From an uncultured Sulfurovum sp. (lineage in GTDB: Bacteria; Campylobacterota; Campylobacteria; Campylobacterales; Sulfurovaceae), in NCBI GenBank assembly GCA_902727995.1, contig CACVAZ010000014.1:1-46748 (forward strand): a stretch of 46,748 nucleotides of DNA. The letters are read 5' to 3'. Below, piece by piece: positions 17,913-28,112 of the stretch. The notes under the pieces were generated by a model. That model saw nothing but the letters and a program-made list of their open reading frames with translations. It had not been told where the DNA came from and ran no database searches. The translations under genes were made by a program, and so were the position numbers. Every line of letters begins with the position of its first letter. Position 1 is the stretch's first letter.

Positions 17913-19247
17913 ATGAAAAAGTCTTTATTATTTTCGTTGATGCTCTCTCTGTTTTTTACTTCTTGCCAAGATGTGGGTGACAACACCCCTCTTCTAAGTA
18001 ACTCAAAAAAGAAGCAACCTGTTATTATTGTCAATAAAAATCGGCATTTGAATATTCCAGAGTTTTGGATTGATAAACTTGAAAATCCTCATAAGATTAT
18101 CATGAATGAGAAAGAGATAGAAACTTTTAATCAAAATACAGCCCATAACAAACATACTTTGACTTTTTTTAAAGATGTGAATAGAGCCTATGGTAGTTCT
18201 TGGGTAAAAAAAAGTATTTTGAAAAATTATACAGGCATAAAATCAAGAGTGAGTTATTTAGAAGATGGCAATAAAATATCACGTATGTTTTATGAAAATA
18301 TCAAACAATACTTGAACAGTGAAGCTTTTTTGAGTACTTCCGTCAAAACTCGCTATGCCTTAACTACCTCATACTGTAACCAAAAAATTGTCCCAACAGA
18401 ACTTGCCTTACTTAAAAAGAAATATGAAATACACTTTGACCGTAATCAAAACTCTGCCCTTGACATTGCAACGCCTATTGCTATTTTACACTCAACAAAA
18501 GATGGATTATGGCACTATGGCATTGGACCTACTAGCTCAGGTTGGGTGCGTTCTGAAAATATTGCTTTTGGAGAAAGAGAAGAAATTCTAAATTATCTCA
18601 ATTCCAAAAGTTTCGTGGTCACCACTGCTGCTAAAACCTCTCTTAAAATTGAGGGACATTACCATGATTACATGCGTATGGGGGTACGTTTACCCTCTCT
18701 TTTAAAACTTGATGACATGACCATGGTCATGGTACCTACGGCTGATAGCAATGGAAACTTAATCCTCTCAAATGCTACGGTTAAAACAGCTGATGTGCAT
18801 AAGGGTTATTTAAAATATACAGCCCAAAATATTTTAACACAAGCCTTTAAATTTTTACATGCCCCCTATGGTTGGGGTGGAATGTATGGAGAACAAGATT
18901 GCTCAAAGTTTTTACAAGAAATTTACGCAACGGTTGGGGTAAAACTGCCAAGAAATTCAGCCTCGCAATCCAACGTATCAGATGCAAAACTCGAACTTTC
19001 AGGACTCTCTAAAACATCCAAGCATACTTTTTTAAAAACGACTGCTATGGTTGCTGGAAGTATTTTACATTTAAAGGGTCATATTGTTTTGTATTTAGGA
19101 GAGCATAAAGGAGAACCCTATATTATTCATACCGTTTGGGGTTCTTCTTCACGACATTTTGCTTTAGGACGAACGGCAGTTACCTCTTTAAACTTTAACA
19201 ATTATTTAGGAAAGATAGATAGGCTAACTAACATTACTCTAAACTAG
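17913..19247 (+). CDS. NlpC/P60 family cysteine peptidase lipoprotein with SH3-like domains
   Basis: Start at MKKSLLF (AAGGA RBS), lipobox FFTSC; PYGWGG...DCSKF, LPRNS, GHIVLY and IIH catalytic triad. Confidence 0.88.
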   Translation: MKKSLLFSLMLSLFFTSCQDVGDNTPLLSNSKKKQPVIIVNKNRHLNIPEFWIDKLENPHKIIMNEKEIETFNQNTAHNKHTLTFFKDVNRAYGSSWVKKSILKNYTGIKSRVSYLEDGNKISRMFYENIKQYLNSEAFLSTSVKTRYALTTSYCNQKIVPTELALLKKKYEIHFDRNQNSALDIATPIAILHSTKDGLWHYGIGPTSSGWVRSENIAFGEREEILNYLNSKSFVVTTAAKTSLKIEGHYHDYMRMGVRLPSLLKLDDMTMVMVPTADSNGNLILSNATVKTADVHKGYLKYTAQNILTQAFKFLHAPYGWGGMYGEQDCSKFLQEIYATVGVKLPRNSASQSNVSDAKLELSGLSKTSKHTFLKTTAMVAGSILHLKGHIVLYLGEHKGEPYIIHTVWGSSSRHFALGRTAVTSLNFNNYLGKIDRLTNITLN

Positions 19248-19767
19248 TATTTTTACTTGCCTCTACAAAAAATATTTTTGCTTCAATATTATCAGCAGAA
19301 ATATTTTTACTCTCCATATTTAAAGCCAAATTTTCACCTTGAATAATGCTAGAATTAAATTCTAACATAAAAGGTTTTAGGGTTTTAATATCTTTGGTTT
19401 TCACATTATAATTTAAACTCTTTGTAGAAAACTTTAAGCCATCATCACGTAAAACATTGACCCCTCTGTCCATATAAACAAAGTCATCTTCATAAATGGC
19501 TTTTTTAGACAAGAGTCGATAACCACTTTCATCTCTTAAATCAATTGATTCCATGTCTAAATAGTTTTCATACTTAATCATTTTAAGTGCAGATATTACT
19601 TGCGAGGGATCATCTTTTTTTATGTCATAAAGAGAGAAGTTTTGAAACTCAACCTCTTTGTCACCTTTGGAAGATTTTGCGATTTGTGATTTAGGATTTA
19701 TTCCTAAAATACTTAGTAATAAAATTATCAGCATCAGAACCAATAAATACTCAATCCTTATTGCCAT
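19234..19767 (-). CDS. lptC: LPS export protein LptC
   Basis: N-terminal TM helix followed by a beta-rich periplasmic domain; directly downstream of kdsC. Confidence 0.7.
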   Translation of the reverse strand: MAIRIEYLLVLMLIILLLSILGINPKSQIAKSSKGDKEVEFQNFSLYDIKKDDPSQVISALKMIKYENYLDMESIDLRDESGYRLLSKKAIYEDDFVYMDRGVNVLRDDGLKFSTKSLNYNVKTKDIKTLKPFMLEFNSSIIQGENLALNMESKNISADNIEAKIFFVEASKNTSLE

Positions 19768-20255
19768 AAAGCCAAATACTTCTCTTCTAAATTTTCTAAG
19801 ACAATAAGTTTTTCAATCATTTCTCTAACAGCAGCATCCCCACCATTAGAACTTAATACTTCTGTTGCAATTTTTTGAACAAAAATGGAAGCATCTGCTG
19901 GAACATAAGCACGTTTAGAAGCGACTAACATCGAGTAATCATTCAAATCATCTCCTATGGAAGCCACATTATTCATGGTCAAATTTAACTCTTTTAATAA
20001 GGTTTCTAAAACTTCTCTTTTATTGTGAATGCCTTGATAAAAATGAGCAATGCCAAGTTCTTTGGCTCTACGTTCAACTATTTTAGAGCTACGACCTGTA
20101 ATGATGGCAACATGTTTACCTAGCTTAACCCAAGAAGCAATGGCAAGACCATCTTTGACAGAAAAAGATTTAATTTCATCTCCATTTTGAGTATAGGTAA
20201 TTTTTCCATCCGTTAAAGTACCATCAACATCAAGAACAATAAGTTCGATGCTCAT
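19758..20255 (-). CDS. kdsC: KDO 8-phosphate phosphatase (HAD family)
   Basis: LDVDGTLTDG, FSVKDG, IITGR, IGDDLND, GGDAAVRE. Confidence 0.93.
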   Translation of the reverse strand: MSIELIVLDVDGTLTDGKITYTQNGDEIKSFSVKDGLAIASWVKLGKHVAIITGRSSKIVERRAKELGIAHFYQGIHNKREVLETLLKELNLTMNNVASIGDDLNDYSMLVASKRAYVPADASIFVQKIATEVLSSNGGDAAVREMIEKLIVLENLEEKYLALWQ

Positions 20256-20824
20256 AGGACACCTTTAGTACTCGGAATTCCTGCATTGTGATTAAGGGTT
20301 GCTCCACGACGAAGGGCAACAGCCAAAGCTTTAAAGGCTGCTTCTATTCTATGATGTTTATTGATTCCACGTCCACAAATAAGATGTACGGTCATAGAAG
20401 CATTAAAAGTAATCGCACGGAAAAATTCTTCTACTAATTCTACATCAAAGTTACCTACTTTACCTTCCATAGGCATATCAAATACTAAAAAAGGTCGGTT
20501 AGAAATGTCGAGATCACAAGTGACAGCAGCCTCATCCATTACTACTGTAGCATTACCATAACGTTCAATATTCTTAATGGGATAAAGTTCTTTTTTAAGT
20601 GCTTGACCAATCACAATACCAATGTCTTCAACGGAATGATGATCATCTATATGTGTATCACCTTTACAAGTGATGTCTAAATTCATATGTGCATGTTTAG
20701 TGAGGGCTTCTAACATATGATCAAGAAAACCAACACCTGTACTGATATTTGATTTACCTTGACCATAAAGTTCAAGCTTAACAAAGATTTGAGTCTCTTT
20801 GGTTTCTCTAGAGAGTTCTACCAT
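20252..20824 (-). CDS. hisB: Imidazoleglycerol-phosphate dehydratase
   Basis: RETKET, GFLDHML, DDHHSVED, HHRIEAAFKA, PSTKGVL. Confidence 0.96.
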   Translation of the reverse strand: MVELSRETKETQIFVKLELYGQGKSNISTGVGFLDHMLEALTKHAHMNLDITCKGDTHIDDHHSVEDIGIVIGQALKKELYPIKNIERYGNATVVMDEAAVTCDLDISNRPFLVFDMPMEGKVGNFDVELVEEFFRAITFNASMTVHLICGRGINKHHRIEAAFKALAVALRRGATLNHNAGIPSTKGVL

Positions 20825-20866
20825 GATATATCCTATAAGTTATTAAGGATATTTTAGCATAAAATT

Positions 20867-21514
20867 TTATTTTCTAACAACGAAAGCATCATTTATACCA
20901 TAGCTATACATGAATTTTTTTGCTTCTGCTTTAGTCTTAAAACCTTCTATCCTAACACGATGTAATGGTTGCCCATTTTTACTACCTGTCTTAATGGTTA
21001 CTTTATATTTATTTGACAAAGCATTATAGCGTTTCATGTATTTTGTAGCACCTACATATTCTCTAAATGCACCAACTTGAATAGCTGTATTAGCACTATT
21101 TGAAGAACTACTATAGGTTCCATAAGCACTATTCACAGAAGAAATTGCAGGGACAGTAGTTGCCATATAATTATTTACTTTTATGCTCGTGTCTGATGCT
21201 TTCTCCGTATAATCATAAGCTCCAAAACTCTTAGTCTCAACAAATGAATTTTTAACTATTGTTGAAGAAGTATTATTAGAAGAAGATGCTAATTTAGAGT
21301 TATCTGTTCCTGTTGCATAACAATCGATACAATCTTCTTTATTAGAAGTGTTAACTTTCTTCCAAGTATTTTTACTCTGAACCTGATTTGAAGAAAATAT
21401 AGTTTTTGTCTGCATAGGTACTTTAACGGCAACTTTATTTTTGGCAACACAGCCGTTAATCATTAACGAAGAGAGAGTGAAAAACAATAGGGTTTTTTTA
21501 TTAAAAATATTCAT
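20867..21514 (-). CDS. SPOR-domain lipoprotein
   Basis: Lipobox MINGC; Ser/Asn-rich linker; C-terminal IQVGAF...HRVRIEGF...EA...DAFVVR. Confidence 0.8.
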   Translation of the reverse strand: MNIFNKKTLLFFTLSSLMINGCVAKNKVAVKVPMQTKTIFSSNQVQSKNTWKKVNTSNKEDCIDCYATGTDNSKLASSSNNTSSTIVKNSFVETKSFGAYDYTEKASDTSIKVNNYMATTVPAISSVNSAYGTYSSSSNSANTAIQVGAFREYVGATKYMKRYNALSNKYKVTIKTGSKNGQPLHRVRIEGFKTKAEAKKFMYSYGINDAFVVRK

Positions 21515-21517
21515 AAC

Positions 21518-22459
21518 TTACCTTTGTGCGTATTTATAATAGCCAATATTATTCGATCTATTATTTTGAGTATAATGCTTATAAAACATAGGGACTTTTG
21601 ACGTAGGTATATTAACCTTATACCCATGTCTAGGAGGAACTTTACCATTTTTCAAATGGGCATTAATCTTTTTTAAATAATAGGAATCCATATTCAAAAT
21701 ATTTGATAAATAGGTCAAACTTTCACCTGAACGTACTTTTACAGGGGTAATACTATCTTTATTGAGACTAGACATCATCTGACCAAGGTTATCATCTTGT
21801 TTAAAAAGATAATTCTCACCGATCATTGCCATAAGCAGTATTTTTTTGATGTATTTTCTAGTTTCAGGCTTAATATGCCCATTACGAGATGAGATTAAAG
21901 TAGCTAAATCTCTGCTTTTAGCTCTTGCAATGGAACGATTAACACAACCATTACCACAATTGTAAGCCATCGCTGTTAAATACCATGCCCCTAAATTATT
22001 GTTCATTTTATAGAGATATTGAATGGCTGAATTAGTTGCTCTTATTGGATCATATCGTTCATCTAAATTGTTACCCACATGTAAATTAAACTCTTTACTT
22101 CCCGTATCGACAGTGAATTGCCACAACCCACCTGCCCCTGTACGAGATTTTGCTTTAGGGTCAAAGGCTGATTCAACCATTGAAATATAAAGAAAAACAG
22201 GAGAAATATCTTGTTGATAAAGCATCTTTTTAATCGTAGGAACAATTAAATTACCTCGCTTAACAGCATTAATAAAACGTTTACGATAAGCTCTTTTATT
22301 CTGATTCACAAAATTTTTAAATTCTTGATTATCAATAAAACGTTCATCTACATCAAATTCAGTTAATACATAGGAATAACTTGGGAATTCAGAGCGAATA
22401 TCTGCATGTACAAATGAAGTGAAAAAGAGAGATATTATGAGTATTTTATAAAAATTCAT
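21518..22459 (-). CDS. mltD: MltD-like lytic transglycosylase (SLT domain plus LysM-like C-terminus)
   Basis: MVES, AGGLWQF, DERYDP, AYNCG, ETRKY; VRSGESL. Confidence 0.85.
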   Translation of the reverse strand: MNFYKILIISLFFTSFVHADIRSEFPSYSYVLTEFDVDERFIDNQEFKNFVNQNKRAYRKRFINAVKRGNLIVPTIKKMLYQQDISPVFLYISMVESAFDPKAKSRTGAGGLWQFTVDTGSKEFNLHVGNNLDERYDPIRATNSAIQYLYKMNNNLGAWYLTAMAYNCGNGCVNRSIARAKSRDLATLISSRNGHIKPETRKYIKKILLMAMIGENYLFKQDDNLGQMMSSLNKDSITPVKVRSGESLTYLSNILNMDSYYLKKINAHLKNGKVPPRHGYKVNIPTSKVPMFYKHYTQNNRSNNIGYYKYAQR

Positions 22460-22540
22460 TTTTTGTCCTTAATATTTATACTTGGAGTATAGAATATTTT
22501 AGCTTAAAAATAAATTTTATAATTTATAATTTATATTTTT

Positions 22541-23317
22541 TTAAGAAATATTCCTAAATAATCTTTTAGCATTAAAAGTCGTACTTGATATTAAGTCACT
22601 TTTATCAACATTAGAGAGTTCCCCCATTTTTGATGCTACTAAATCACAATAAGCTGGTTCATTTCTTTTTCCTCTATGAGGGTGAGGTGTTAAATAAGGT
22701 GAATCTGTTTCTATAATGAGTTTATCAGAGGGTATTTTAGAATAAACATTAATAAGTTTTTTAGCATTTTTAAACGTTAAAACCCCACCAATCCCATAAT
22801 AAAAATTTTTATCTGAAAGTTTCAAAAGTGATTCATTCGCATTATAACAATGTAAAACCCCACCTTCTTCTCCAGCATGTTCCATTAAAAGTGCCAAACA
22901 ATCAGCTGATGATTCACGTACATGGACAATAAGAGGTAACTTTAATGCTTTAGCCCAAAGAATTTGATCTATAAAAACTTCTTTTTGAAGTTTTTTTTCA
23001 GCTTCAATTTCTTCTTGGATTTCAGGTAAACGAAAATAGTCCAACCCACATTCACCAATGGCAACACATTTAGGATGGGTTATAAAAGTTGAGAGAAATT
23101 CTTTATTGTAATTTTTAGCATCATAAGGATGTACTCCTACAGAAAAATAGACTTCTTCATAGCTTTCACTAAGTTCAACAGCCCTTTTAAGTGTGGTCGG
23201 ATCTGCAGCAGGAACAATAAAACGTTCAACTCCCTTAGCCTTTGCACGTTCTATTACTTTTTCTATGTCTTCATTATAGCGTTCATCATCCAAGTGGCAA
23301 TGAGTATCGATAATCAT
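22541..23317 (-). CDS. tatD: TatD family DNase
   Basis: IDTHCHL, GVHP, IGECGLDY, IVHVRE, VLHCY, ETDSPY. Confidence 0.95.
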   Translation of the reverse strand: MIIDTHCHLDDERYNEDIEKVIERAKAKGVERFIVPAADPTTLKRAVELSESYEEVYFSVGVHPYDAKNYNKEFLSTFITHPKCVAIGECGLDYFRLPEIQEEIEAEKKLQKEVFIDQILWAKALKLPLIVHVRESSADCLALLMEHAGEEGGVLHCYNANESLLKLSDKNFYYGIGGVLTFKNAKKLINVYSKIPSDKLIIETDSPYLTPHPHRGKRNEPAYCDLVASKMGELSNVDKSDLISSTTFNAKRLFRNIS

Positions 23318-23356
23318 GCTAAACCTTTAAAGTTATTTAAAAGAATTTTAGCATAT

Positions 23357-24007
23357 TTAATATGGTAAAAGAATTGTTTGTCCTACATAAATAGTGTCAT
23401 CTGAATTTAAACCCTCGTTACTTGCAATAATTCGCTTATAATTCCTAGCATCTCCATAAAACTTGTTAGAAATACTTTGTAGAGTATCCCCTTTTTTTAC
23501 AACAACCCTACGACCTAATTCTTCAGTATCCTTAGCTAAATCAACATCAATCTCTTTTCTAAGTTCATTTGTATAATTTGTATTGTCTACAAAGAGAGCA
23601 TCATTCATGATTTCATTCATGGCTGAGCTTAGTGCTAAGTGTTTACTACTTTCTACTTTAACATTTTCTTTTTTTTCTGTTAATTCAACTTCTAATTCTC
23701 TTAATGCATTTAAATAGTCTTCTTCTGAATTAAAAACTTCTACTACTTTAGAAACTTCTGATTCTACTAATAATCCTGATTTAACCTGAACCTCATCTAC
23801 AAGCTCATCTTTAACGATTAATGACTCATTAACAGAAGAACTTTCTGTATAAAAATGAAATCCTACATAAGCACTGGCTATTATTAATAATGCTATTATT
23901 ATTTTAGAGACCATTAACCACTCTTGAGCATTTTTATGTTCTTCAGCATGAAGACTTGAATCTCTAACTGCATCATTATAAACATCATTGGTATCAAACA
24001 TAAACAA
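23357..24007 (-). CDS. Membrane-anchored LysM-domain protein
   Basis: Single TM helix, acidic linker, C-terminal VVKKGDTLQSISNKFYG...I..N...IYVGQTI. Confidence 0.85.
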   Translation of the reverse strand: MFMFDTNDVYNDAVRDSSLHAEEHKNAQEWLMVSKIIIALLIIASAYVGFHFYTESSSVNESLIVKDELVDEVQVKSGLLVESEVSKVVEVFNSEEDYLNALRELEVELTEKKENVKVESSKHLALSSAMNEIMNDALFVDNTNYTNELRKEIDVDLAKDTEELGRRVVVKKGDTLQSISNKFYGDARNYKRIIASNEGLNSDDTIYVGQTILLPY

Positions 24008-24095
24008 CCTTCTTTATTTTTTACTTTTAGCCATTTTAATAGAAAAAAAGGCAGTAACTATGAAATTTTAAAAAAATATAAAATAAATAATTTAA

Positions 24096-24422
24096 TTAAT
24101 ATTCCGATGTAGCCATAGCTTCAGTATAAAAAGGTTGACTTTGAATGGAGGGTCTAGGCATTAAAACTTTAATCATTTTTACATTCTCTAATGCTACCTC
24201 ATCAACCGTTTCACTCACTCCTAACACAGCTTCTTTAAATACAGGAAAAGAAAATGTATTCGTATTACTTTGTAGGTAATTAAACATTACGTAAGTTAAA
24301 AACCCCAAAAAGATAAAATTAAAAATAAATAAAATTTTGTTACGTAATTTTATTTCTCCTGATGCACTATTTTCTATATATCGTATTGCATTTCTATAAT
24401 CATTTTTTTTACTAAACATCAA
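24096..24422 (-). CDS. Hypothetical single-pass membrane protein
   Basis: AGGAG RBS; one hydrophobic segment. Confidence 0.65.
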   Translation of the reverse strand: MMFSKKNDYRNAIRYIENSASGEIKLRNKILFIFNFIFLGFLTYVMFNYLQSNTNTFSFPVFKEAVLGVSETVDEVALENVKMIKVLMPRPSIQSQPFYTEAMATSEY

Positions 24423-24498
24423 AATACTCCTAAATTATATTAAACTTAATATAATTTTAACAAAATATTTTAATATTAAAACTTAAACTTAATAAAAT

Positions 24499-26028
24499 CT
24501 AAGTTAAAGACAATAGTTTCTCTGAAAAACTTATTGCTTCTGCATTGGGTTTCTCCCCTCCTATAATACGGGCTATTTCTGATATTTGACCTTTTCTGTC
24601 TAGTAGAGTAACTTTACTCTCATTTTTAGATTTAGAAACCAATAAATGTTGTTTGGCTTTAGATGCCAAATGTGCTTGGTGTGAAATAGCAAATATTTGA
24701 TAGACTTCTGAAAGTTTAGCAATCATATTTGCAATGGCAATCGACTCATCTCCTGATACATTGGCATCAATTTCATCTAAAATCAAAACACCACTTTCTT
24801 TCACTCCTGAAAGAGCAACAACCATGAGAGCTAAACGTACACGATTAAACTCTCCTCCCGAAAGTTTATTAGCTGTTGACCCATTCATGTTTACGTCAAC
24901 ACTATCTTGCCCACTGTTCTCTAAGCCCTTAGAGTTAAATACAAATTCAAGTGCAGGTAGCTTTAACTCTGCTAAATATTTTTTTAATGGTTTTTCTAAC
25001 ATCAATGCTTTTTCTTTACGTGCAAAAGAGATTTGTCCTGCTAAAGTACTAAGTTCTGAAAATTCCATGTTTAAAAAAGAGATTAACATACTTTTGTCTT
25101 GTTCGATGTTTTCGTAACCTGCTAACTCTCTTTTCTTTATCTCTACATATTCTATTGCTTCTTCAATGCTTCCATATCTATTTTTCAAAGAAGATATTTT
25201 TTCTAACCTGTCCAATACAGCTTCAATATCAACCTCAGCCAACTCTTCTGAAAGGGATTCAATGTCTTCAAAATCAGCACGTAATTGATTCATCATCTCT
25301 GAAAAAATGGCATCATCTTTATCTAAAAGTCTATAAACTTCCGTAACCGACTCTTCAAAAGTAAAAATACCATTTGCATTTTCTATAGCATCATTGATTT
25401 TGTCAATTCTAGAGAGTTGATGCTTGACTTTTAGTAATTCAATATCTTCACCTATTACAGGTTTAACCGACTCAATCTTCTCTATCTCAAACTCTGTAAA
25501 TTCTATAAGTTCTAAAATTTTTGCTTCATCTGCTTTTATTTTTTCTAACTGAGTTAATTTAGCTTTATAGTGGGCATAACGTTTTTGATACTCTTTTAAT
25601 AATTTTTTAAACCCTTTATCTTTAGCCAATAATTCATTGTCTATTAACTTCAATAAATCTGTACTTTCAAAGCCACTTTTATCTCGAACAGACAAAAACT
25701 GTACAAAAGGGCTGAACATTCCATTTAAAACCTTTTTAGAAACATTCTGACCATCAATGCTATAACGAACTTTCTCTTTTTTAATCGTTTTAAGTGTTAT
25801 TTCATCTTCAAGTTCAAACACCTCACTGTGCATATTTTTAGGTTTTGTAACCAATACTTCACAAAGAGTAGCCTCGGCAGTTCCATAACCAAAAGTAGAT
25901 AAAATACTGTTCATAAAAAGTGATTTACCAGCCCCTGAAGGACCAGATAACACAACCAAACCTTTTTTTAATTCTATTTCTACTTCAGAAAAACTTATTA
26001 AGTTTTTTAAATATACTCTATTAATCAT
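24499..26028 (-). CDS. recN: DNA repair protein RecN
   Basis: Walker A GPSGAGKS, coiled coil, LSGGEFNR, LILDEID, ISHQ; follows nadK. Confidence 0.93.
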   Translation of the reverse strand: MINRVYLKNLISFSEVEIELKKGLVVLSGPSGAGKSLFMNSILSTFGYGTAEATLCEVLVTKPKNMHSEVFELEDEITLKTIKKEKVRYSIDGQNVSKKVLNGMFSPFVQFLSVRDKSGFESTDLLKLIDNELLAKDKGFKKLLKEYQKRYAHYKAKLTQLEKIKADEAKILELIEFTEFEIEKIESVKPVIGEDIELLKVKHQLSRIDKINDAIENANGIFTFEESVTEVYRLLDKDDAIFSEMMNQLRADFEDIESLSEELAEVDIEAVLDRLEKISSLKNRYGSIEEAIEYVEIKKRELAGYENIEQDKSMLISFLNMEFSELSTLAGQISFARKEKALMLEKPLKKYLAELKLPALEFVFNSKGLENSGQDSVDVNMNGSTANKLSGGEFNRVRLALMVVALSGVKESGVLILDEIDANVSGDESIAIANMIAKLSEVYQIFAISHQAHLASKAKQHLLVSKSKNESKVTLLDRKGQISEIARIIGGEKPNAEAISFSEKLLSLT

Positions 26029-26900
26029 TATTCTTTATCACCCCAGTGTAATTTTTCCCGTAACACAGAAAAATAGTTTCTCTCTTTTTTATGCAACAAC
26101 TTAGCACCTATTTGTGCACCATTAATTACCAAAACATCACCAGCCATCATTTCATAATTATCTTGTCCATCTACCATGACAATAACATTGTCTTTAGGAG
26201 AAGAAAAGTCAATGGTAAAGTTTGAAGGTAAGACCATCGGACGCTGGGTCAAGGAATGTGCTGCAATAGGTGTCATGATAAATGCCTGAGTTAAAGGATA
26301 CATAACAGGACCTCCAGCTGCTAAATTATATGCCGTTGAACCTGTAGGAGTAGAAATAATTAACCCATCACCTCTGTAAGTATTGAACCATTCACCATCA
26401 ACCGATGCATCAATTTTTACCATGCTTGAAATAATTGGTCTTGTGATTACCACATCATTAAAAGCATGAAACTTCTTTCGTCCATCTGCTGTTTGAATAT
26501 ACCCATCAATCATCATGCGATCATCAATTCGATACTCACCAATAAGCAAATTATTTAAGAAAGTATCTACTTCAGCAATACGTACATCAGCCAAAAAACC
26601 CAAAGTTCCAGCATTAATTCCCACCACAGGCTTATGATAACCATAACTTTTTCGAACCAAAGAAAGCAAAGTTCCATCTCCCCCTAAAGAGACTAAAAAA
26701 TCTGACCTATCACAAAGCTCTTTAAAACTCACCCCATCTAAAATACCCAGCATCTTAGCAGAGTAATCAACTAAAAAAACTTCAATATTACGTGCTTCAA
26801 ATTTTTCTTTGATACTTTCATAGATAGCTAAGAGTTCAAGTGCCTCTGGCTTTATCACAAAACCTGCTACTTTTATTTGCGACAACTTTTCATCCGACAC
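26028..26900 (-). CDS. nadK: NAD kinase
   Basis: LGGDGT, GTLGFL, FNDV, DGLIISTPTGSTAY...AGGP. Confidence 0.95.
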   Translation of the reverse strand: MSDEKLSQIKVAGFVIKPEALELLAIYESIKEKFEARNIEVFLVDYSAKMLGILDGVSFKELCDRSDFLVSLGGDGTLLSLVRKSYGYHKPVVGINAGTLGFLADVRIAEVDTFLNNLLIGEYRIDDRMMIDGYIQTADGRKKFHAFNDVVITRPIISSMVKIDASVDGEWFNTYRGDGLIISTPTGSTAYNLAAGGPVMYPLTQAFIMTPIAAHSLTQRPMVLPSNFTIDFSSPKDNVIVMVDGQDNYEMMAGDVLVINGAQIGAKLLHKKERNYFSVLREKLHWGDKE

Positions 26901-27085
26901 CTAAGGACTCCTATCAATGTAATTTAGAAAGAATATCATAAACTCTCTTCATCAAAGAATTCATATCTCAAATTGTCATATTTAATTGTAAGTAAAAGTC
27001 TGATTTTACCTCCTAAAAGACGTTCATTACTTAGATATTCTAAAACTTTAGCCTACCCCTCAGCCCATATTTAATATAATTAAAT

Positions 27086-28081
27086 ATGAAAATTTTAAAA
27101 CTTTTAAGCCTAACCCTATTAACAACATTCGCACTCCAAGCCACTGAACCAAAAGTCCCATTACCTCCTATTCCTTATGACTTTTTAGCTAAACAAGAGG
27201 TCAAAAGCTTTGTGAACATGATGGTTAAAAAAAATAATTTTAAACGTGCCTACATCGAAGAAGTTTTAGCCAATGCCATGCTCGACCAAGAAACCCTTGA
27301 CCGTTACGTCGGTAAATACAAACCAAATAGTACCAATGGAACTTGGGAACGTTATAAAGCCCATGTTTTAGATGATGAAACTTTAGCCCTTGCCAAAGAA
27401 TTTAAAAAAAATTATTACAGTACTTTAAAACGTGCCCAAGAGCAATACAACATTGACATGGACTACATTGTAGGCTTCATGGGAGTTGAAAGTAAATATG
27501 GTACGTACACAGGGGACTTTCGAGTACTCGATTCTTTAGCCACTTTGGGTTTTCACAAAAATAGAATGCACAAATGGTTCAAATCTGAACTTAAAAACTT
27601 ATTTCTACTTATGCGAGAAGAGAACCGTGACATCTACAGCCAGTACGGCTCATTTGCAGGGGCAATGGGAGCTGTACAACAAATGCCTTCTATACAGCGA
27701 CGTTTTGGGGTTGACTACAATGGTGATGGTGTAAAAGACCCATGGGACTTAGAAGACTCCATTGGAATTATTGCCAAATTTATGCATAAAAAAGGCTGGG
27801 TCAAAGGGGGCGTGGTAGCCGTGCCGACCAATTTTTCAGGAACACGCTTTAAAAAACTCAAAACTTCACATAAAAAGAAATATTCCGTGAGTTATTTGGC
27901 AAAAAAAGGTATCAAGCCCACCGAACCATTTAATGAATCAAAAGCCTATTTACTAAAAAATCGTAATAAGACCCATGATGACATTTGGATGGCTGGAAAA
28001 AACTTTAGGGTTTTAACCAAGTATAACAATTCAACTTCCTATGGAATGGCAATTCATCTTATTGCTCAAGCTGTTAAATAA
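27086..28081 (+). CDS. mltB: MltB-like lytic murein transglycosylase
   Basis: Signal peptide; GVESKYG, GSFAGAMGAVQQMPS, VDYNGDG, YNNSTSY. Confidence 0.88.
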   Translation: MKILKLLSLTLLTTFALQATEPKVPLPPIPYDFLAKQEVKSFVNMMVKKNNFKRAYIEEVLANAMLDQETLDRYVGKYKPNSTNGTWERYKAHVLDDETLALAKEFKKNYYSTLKRAQEQYNIDMDYIVGFMGVESKYGTYTGDFRVLDSLATLGFHKNRMHKWFKSELKNLFLLMREENRDIYSQYGSFAGAMGAVQQMPSIQRRFGVDYNGDGVKDPWDLEDSIGIIAKFMHKKGWVKGGVVAVPTNFSGTRFKKLKTSHKKKYSVSYLAKKGIKPTEPFNESKAYLLKNRNKTHDDIWMAGKNFRVLTKYNNSTSYGMAIHLIAQAVK

Positions 28082-28086
28082 AAATC

Positions 28087-28112
28087 AAAGTAGAAGAAAA
28101 TTTCTCTACTTT
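28087..28112. terminator. Hairpin terminator between convergent genes
   Basis: AAAGTAGAAGAAAATTTCTCTACTTT imperfect inverted repeat. Confidence 0.5.
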
